DNA of 57,671 nucleotides, filler included, from Jimgerdemannia flammicorona (taxonomy: Eukaryota), in assembly GCA_003990765.1 (NCBI GenBank). It is 3 parts of 3 records of this genome, joined end to end, with 100 filler letters (N's around TTAATTAATTAA, not from the genome) between each part and the next. Parts side by side here need not be neighbours in the genome. Positions count along the whole stretch, not along the records: positions 38,523 to 57,671 come from RBNJ01002013.1; 2 more parts are not named here. One strand, given 5' to 3'. The notes below the pieces were generated by a model that worked only from the letters and a program-made list of their open reading frames with translations, did not search any database and was not told the origin of the DNA. Of the stretch, positions 51,087-57,671 are shown one piece after another. Each line of letters starts with the position of its first letter. Within the stretch, counting starts at the first letter, position 1. The position numbers and the translations under genes are program-made.

Positions 51087-51499
51087 ATAAATACATATTT
51101 GAGATATTTATATTATTTTATAAAATATGGTAATAAAAAAAAAAATCCTCTCAACTCTTATAGAATTTTGAGTATAAAAATTATAATATATCTTAGTAAA
51201 ATAAAAAATAAAAAAATAAATAAATAAATAATTAAAAAAACAATAAAAGAGATAATGAAAGAGAGAGCGAAATTAACTGTTTATAGTTCTTCACAATATT
51301 CAATAACAATAGACTTCAGTACTGCTATATAGTACCTTAACCAAAATTGCTTTGTTGTGAACTATTTCAGAGTTGGTTGTTCATAGATCAGTTACAAGTA
51401 GAGTAATTCTTGAGTGAGGTCTTGTACTTGAGAATTATGTAAATATCTTCTCCAACGGCAACACAATTCCTTAGCACTTTTCAGGACCAAACGAACCAC

Positions 51500-52150
51500 C
51501 CATTTGAACCGGTTGGTGACGTTCTTTCTGCAATTGGTGTCTTATTTATTCGGCGAGCTGCTATAGAAGATATCAACACAATAACAATGACAACTCCGAA
51601 CCAAGCAGCGATATGCTTAAAATTCACAGATTAGTTCAAACTGTCGTTCGTAGTATAATGGAACTCACTGAGTGTCTTCGGCAGTTAGAACGCATTGTTG
51701 CGGTACTGAACAGAGAAGTCGCCTCCATGATCTTCATGTTCGGAAGGCAGACGAGGCGTACCTTCCCACGTCCGACATATTGTCGAACAAGTTAAACATT
51801 ACTACAAAATGGCCGCAGAGTTGCAAAATCTGTTCAATGCATCCGCTTCAAAAAATTGTTCTGTAGTTGATAAGAAGGAGGGTCTTTAATGGTGGCAAGG
51901 ATGTCCATGTCCATGTCAGAAGCAGTCGTACAGAGTATATTGTCACTGCAAAATCCCTGTGTAGCAGCGCTATCTTATACCAAGGCCAGGGAAAGTATGA
52001 CAGAAAGTGTTGAAACCAGGACACTTGTGGATAGCAATATTTGCACAAACCAGGGCAAGTACGACGATTTGGAGCCGCTGTATCGCGACGAAGTTCGAAA
52101 GCAATGCAATCGGTCAATTCGACTACAAAATCTAGTGGCAGGTGTATGAC
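51500..52150 (+). pseudogene. NB-ARC/TPR (fungal NLR-like) gene fragment
   Basis: LKIHRLVQTVVRS is a winged-helix motif typical of NB-ARC-TPR proteins. It is followed by the TPR piece NQGKYDDLEPLYR. Multiple frameshifts. Confidence 0.6.
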
Positions 52151-52239
52151 CTACAGATGTGGAATACAGTGGAATGGGTGCTAAAACTAGGCTAGATTTC
52201 TCTAATGTAAAACCTCTACATGGATTTCAGGCGCTCGTC

Positions 52240-53480
52240 TGTATTTCAGAATTGCCTTGTCTCATTTGCCCTGGCTGCAATAAAGCTCGACGTGGTTGTT
52301 CAAATAAGGTGTTATTAGTGGGTAATCTGATCCCAAAACTTTTCAAGGGTCGCCAGCGCCTATCCGGATGGCGGCTCAGCCAGAACGTTGTGTTGTCTTC
52401 TTTGTTTGCTTTGTTCCCAACACGCTTTCGTAGATAGCCAGTACCAACTTTTACAGTGAATTCGTCTTTTTGTTCCTGCCAAGGCTCTATGGCCACCGTA
52501 GATGCCTCAGGAATTGTTCTATATGTGGCTTCTTTGATTCAGACGGCTTCTTATAATTACCAGCGTCCGTTTGTACACTTACTGAATTTACCCTGGCGCA
52601 GCCAGATTGTTGCCATGACGGGGTTATGTCTCGCTAACTCCCATTCGTACCAACGTTTCCTATTTGCCCTGGCTTATGCACAATGCCGCCAGATATATAG
52701 GAAATGTTGTCAAGTGTAGGTATTCTGATCAAAATAGCGTCTGTTTGATCGGTGACTCCGCCTCGTTGTACCTGCCATAACAGAAGTAAGGTAAAGCCGG
52801 ATTGTTCAGAAATGTAGTCATGCCCATGTGCTCTGATTCCAACACCTTCTCACGGATTCCCAGCGCCCATTGACACAGCGGAGCTCAACCAGATCTTTCA
52901 GGGATGTTACCATGTCCGGGTACTCTAACGTGAACACCCTTTCATTGATTCTTAATGTCCGTTCGTACAGCGGCTCCACTTTGTCCTATTTGCCCTGGCT
53001 TCCGTAAAGTGTAGTTAGATTGTTCAGAAACGTTGCGATGTTTGGGTGCTCTGATCGCAACACCTTTTCACGTATCTCCAGTACCCGTTTGTACAGCGAC
53101 ACCGCATTGTTGTACTTGACCTGATTAAAGTAGAGCACAACCTAATATTGACATATGCGGACACTTATATCCCAGCATATTCTCATCGATTGCCAGCGCC
53201 CGTACCGCTTTATTGAACACTCCCTGGTGTGTGTGGATGCTCCGATCCTAAAATCTTCTCACGGATCGCCAGCACTCGTTCATACAGCGACTTCGCCTTC
53301 TCAGCGTCCGTTCGCACGACAACTCCTTCTCATGTATCGTTAGTGCCCGTTCACACAGCGGTTCCGCCTCTTAGTGTTTATCTGGCTGTAGTTCTGGGAT
53401 GTTGCCATGGCCAGGCACGCCGATCCGAACATCTTCTCACGGATTATCAACATAGTGTCTCTACTTTGTCATACTCTGTT
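52240..53480 (-). pseudogene. Decayed array of 42-aa TPR (kinesin-light-chain-like) repeats
   Basis: Reads NQVKYNNAVSLYKRVLEIREKVLRSEHPNIATFLNNLTTLYGSQGK*DKVEPLYERTLRINERV, with further broken units down to LNNHVELYCSQGK*DKA near 52250-52305. Confidence 0.85.
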
Positions 53481-56184
53481 AAGCACGGGCAAGGTTCGTG
53501 TTTGGAGTTGCCTTGCCATCCTCGATACGAAGCAGAAGATGTAAAAATTATACTTGCAATGCTTGAAGCCATGAGCTCGGGTTTCCCTATCACACCAATG
53601 ACGAGAGCCGCCAGTTCGTGTACGTTTCTCCATGCTTGCTGCGGATCGCAGCCTGAATGGCTTTTAGGATATCCTCTCGGAACATTTTCCTATCAACGTT
53701 AGGTACCCCCAAAAATTGGCGCGGGATGGTGTGATAGAAACCCTGATTTTAAAGTTACGAAATCGGGCTTAGTTCACATAAGTACCTTGCCATATACTAC
53801 CCATATATTCATTCCATTAGCTTACTGTGGTATACGGTTCCCCAGGTAAAACAGGTTGTGCAGGGAACCGAGAAGCGCTGTCAATGGTGTCGATGTGGTG
53901 TCCCAGCTCATTGGTAGCTGTCAACAGGCTGCGGATTGTGCTAACGGGTATTTACGGAACACATTCCAGAATACCATGAGATATTGTTAGTGACGGTTAA
54001 TGGTCGCAAACCACTTTCCAGAACAAGTAACGATTGTGCTCATGGAGTTTGTATTCACCTGCTTGATTTTGGTGACGACCCTACTAGAGCGATAAGATTC
54101 ACTATACCGTCCTTTTTTTGGGCGCATCCTCGATTCGCTCCGTTCGATTAACAGGCTGGGCGTGTTGCGTGCTGCGCCTTTCGGGAGGAGCCTAAATTTT
54201 AATTCTCCGTGAGCAAGTCACAAACAAAACACTTGTCCGTAACCGTTTGAAGTAGGGGCCGGATGGCCATGGTCCATTGTGCGACATGCTAGTTATAGAA
54301 GAGGGTTTTTAAATAATAAGTTTGTCGCCAAACGCTGGAAGTAATTCCCGAGCTGCAAGTTTGTTTGATGCATCAGCACATGAGAAATGCTTTATCATAA
54401 ACCTGTCTTGTAGCAAGATAACAACTGTATGATCTTTGGTTCGAATTGATTGTGATAAAAACAATAAATTACTTTCTTTATAATTAGCATTTTCTATAAC
54501 TATTTTATCAACTAAAAAAAAAAACTACTTTTTTAAATATATAATAAAATTAAAAAAGAATTCCGGATTCAGGATTGCTCAGATCAGAGCAACCAATAAT
54601 TCTTAAAAGAAATATAATATAAAGATATTGTTATATTAAAATAAAACCTTCTGATTGTACACTTTCTTGATATTTATTTATTAATTTATTTGATAAATAT
54701 TACTAACAAAATAAACTTCTATATAAAATGTATTTCTAATATATATATATTTAAAATCTCTTAAATATAAATAGTAAACGACTTTATATTATTTAAAGAA
54801 TAGTTAGCTATAAAATCGAGAGGTTATTTCTTAGTAAATAACCTTCTTATTGAAATGTAATATATTTCAAGAGTAACACTTTTATATATTTGAATATTTC
54901 GAATAAAAACCTTATGTGAGATTAGATATATCAAACTAGAGTTGTAGTCATGATATTTCCAGTATTTATAATATTTTATAACGGAGATTGATGTATATAT
55001 TAAAAAATGTCAAAGATAATTTGGCTTGTTCCATTATGGTCAAGTTTATCACGATGACAATTCTGACATACCCAGAAAGACGGTACATGCTGCGGCCCGG
55101 AGATGTGGGAATGTTTATCAGATTTTTGAGTCACCTATGGGCGTATATGCATACACACGAGTAATGGCGATGATTCGATACGGTGATGGGGTGGCTGCGT
55201 AATGCCGTCACGTGGGCCGAAAGCCGCAGTCATTCGAATTGCGTAAAAAGGTAAAAAGGGTGAAAAGGACAGGAGCAACTCTTCCCTCACCCTTTTACCT
55301 CCGTCAACACAAGACCCGGGAACAAATATCGTCGGAACCCAAATTTTTTTTTTTTTTTTCTGCAACTCCTTTCCCCGCGGCTAATAGAATTTCACAATTA
55401 TCCTCCGACGTAGTTTCCGAAAGTGCCGTGAAGGTCGACTAAGAAACTGACTTTGCCAGAACACTGGGCAGCCAGCTGTTGAATATCAACGAGCTTGGAG
55501 ACCGCGCTGAGGACTTTTGTACAAAACAATATTGATTCCCTCAGGGAAAGCAACGTTTGTAGCATTCATTTATACAATTGTCTACCTTGGCTCCGTACCT
55601 TGGTAATAGCATGAGCATGTGTAGATGTGAAAATAGTTTACTTTGAAACTGATCCAATGGTGTTCTCTAAAACCAGGTTCCGCCCAACACCAATAAGATG
55701 TTAGTTTTAGTTCCGATGAAGCCCACAAACCGATTCATGAGCAGATAGAATCCTTCATCTCCAGATATTATCGGATGGCGAAATCTGAACTACTGCCAGG
55801 ACTGTTCTGGATTGGATTTAATGGTGGCGATGAAACTCAGGGGCTGGCTGGCGGGCTGGCGGAGAAGGTTGAGACACCGACGGTCATGGAATGGGCCACG
55901 TCATTGTGCAACCGCAAAAAAACAATCGGACTGCTTTCGGCTTGACCATCGCAACCACGTCGCTGGGGTTGGAATGCACTATCATTGCTCACCACCATCT
56001 TCAACACTTCCACACGTCCTATACGGTATCACACAACTGAAGGATTCAGGATAAAGGCCACATATTTCAAGATTTTTCTCATTTGTCTGTTTTAGCAAAC
56101 AGTCGGATACTTGACAAATAGGGGTGCTTTTCCCAGACACGAGAAACTCATACTGATCACTACTGATCACTGTTCCTATAGATC

Positions 56185-56580
56185 AGAAGTGATGCAAGGG
56201 ACAGAACACCCCGGCACATCAAGCTTTTTGAGGATCTGGCTTCCTGCATCACGATGGAACTCTCTGCACCGGCGATCGGCGAGAATAGTTTGGGATGGAG
56301 TACTCCGACCGATCAACGTCTCCAAGCAATTTGGCTGAGCTCTACGCCCGCCAAGGCAAATGCAGCAAGTTGGAGCCACTGTATCAATGGGAACTAACGA
56401 TCTGGGTGAAGGCGTTGATACCCCAACACCTTCTCACGGATCACCAGCGCCCTTTCTTACGGTGGTTCCACCTTGTTGTACTTGCCCTGGCAGTAGTGAA
56501 GGCCAGCCGGATCGTTCAGAGATGTTGCTGTGCCGAGATGAACCCAGACACAGCAACATCTCTAGACCATCTGCCTTGGC
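56185..56580 (+). pseudogene. TPR repeat fragments with one internally inverted unit
   Basis: Plus strand: GTEHPGT, SNLAELYARQGKCSKLEPLYQWELTIWVKAL and NPDTATSLDHL. Minus strand ~56420-56525: SLNDPAGLHYCQGKYNKVEPP*ERALVIREKVLG. Confidence 0.78.
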
Positions 56581-57671
56581 TCTGGGTGGCGCGACGAGGT
56601 GGTTTGGACCAGATGCATCCCCCGGTGGCATGTTTGAGCGCGACATTGCTGGCATTTTAAAAGAGGCCCCTTGTTTGTTTCTCAATCATGTTTCCGCATT
56701 CACGCTCGCCGTATCTGATTGCCGCGTTGTTGTCATTGACGGTCGCCCATCGTACATGATTGGCCAAGCCGAGCATGACTGCTTTATGTACAATGCTAGG
56801 GTGCGCGAGATCGGGGTGGGGGTACGATTTCATGGCTCCGTCCGGCGCGTCCAAATTCGTACATTTCTCACATAGTCAATCACACAATACAAAGAAATTA
56901 TTTCGCATGTCGAATTTGACAATATTTTATCATTATTTCGCTAATGCGACGTTCGTTTGTGATATACATCGTCATTTCAACGTTAGGTTTATATTTTGTG
57001 GGGCCGGCCATTCGGAACGAGATGTCGACGTTCGTGCTTCATTTCTCATTGTGGGAGCCGTTCGACGATTTCCTTTGTATATACTTCACTTAAGGAAATT
57101 ACTACCGATAGATAGATCAAGCATTCGACCGCTCTTTATTTGCTGGTGTAGCGACAATTTTCTGGCGGAACATCACTGTGTGCCGGGTTTGACAAACATG
57201 AAGCGATCACCACAGCGACCTTTTTTTGCTATACTTGCACAAATCGGCGTGGGGTTTGGAATGCCCATCGCTAATCGACTGGGCGCGCGACTTATAAATT
57301 CATTTTCAATGACGACGACCGCGTGGATACAAGGTTGGGAAATCCGAAAAAGCCCCCGATGTTTCTAATGAGGTAATATTGTCTGTTCTTTATTGCGTTC
57401 GTTGTACTTTGTTCCATTCCCCCGAACACAATGACAAGGTACGCACACCCGCTGCCGAAAGGGTGATGCGCCATCACCGTCAGCGTGCAATCACGTACGG
57501 TCTCGGTTTTTCGTGTTTGGTGTGAACAGCCGGCGTGAACAGCACCTCGTGGCCCCGCTTGCGACATTGCCGTGATCAACAGATCAACAGTGGCCCGATC
57601 ACGCACGCTACATCCCAGTGTATGAAATAAAAATCCCAAAAGTCCAATGGAATGGATAAACGTCAAAAAAA

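Noticed and set aside
54440..55030. AT-rich island as a MITE
   Set aside because: No convincing TIR or TSD found by eye.
55780..56054. Possible protein kinase relic (VAMKL, LYGITQ)
   Set aside because: Only two short motifs and no catalytic-loop or DFG motif; not enough to call.
56760..57666. ORFs 56760-57368 (+) and 57292-57666 (-)
   Set aside because: No recognisable domain or repeat support; could be chance ORFs or unresolvable exons.

Overview
Eukaryotic, probably fungal, transposon graveyard in three segments. The segments are joined by artificial N-spacers containing TTAATTAATTAA (19162-19261, 38423-38522), so adjacency across the spacers is not trustworthy. About 51 kb is nested, mostly decayed mobile DNA: three Ty3/gypsy LTR families (called A, B, C here), five copies or fragments of one L1/Tx1-like LINE family, piggyBac and hAT relics, and hAT-type MITEs. 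The last ~6 kb is CpG-normal DNA with scrambled pseudogene fragments of 42-aa TPR (NLR-like) repeats. Main observations: (1) Family B carries an intact 278-aa orphan ORF inside the U3 of its ~1.55 kb LTR (three copies). Family A carries a decayed ORF with a similar motif in the env-like slot between integrase and 3' LTR, which suggests a shared accessory-gene family. (2) Two gypsy elements encode dUTPase at different positions (PR-dUT-RT and gag-dUT-PR). (3) A young processed retrocopy of a HemK/PrmC methyltransferase mRNA has a 67-nt poly(A) and a perfect 19-bp TSD. (4) Repeats show pervasive C>T/G>A decay in both CpG and CpA contexts. All calls come from manual reading and translation; no database search was run, and domain boundaries in decayed elements are approximate.
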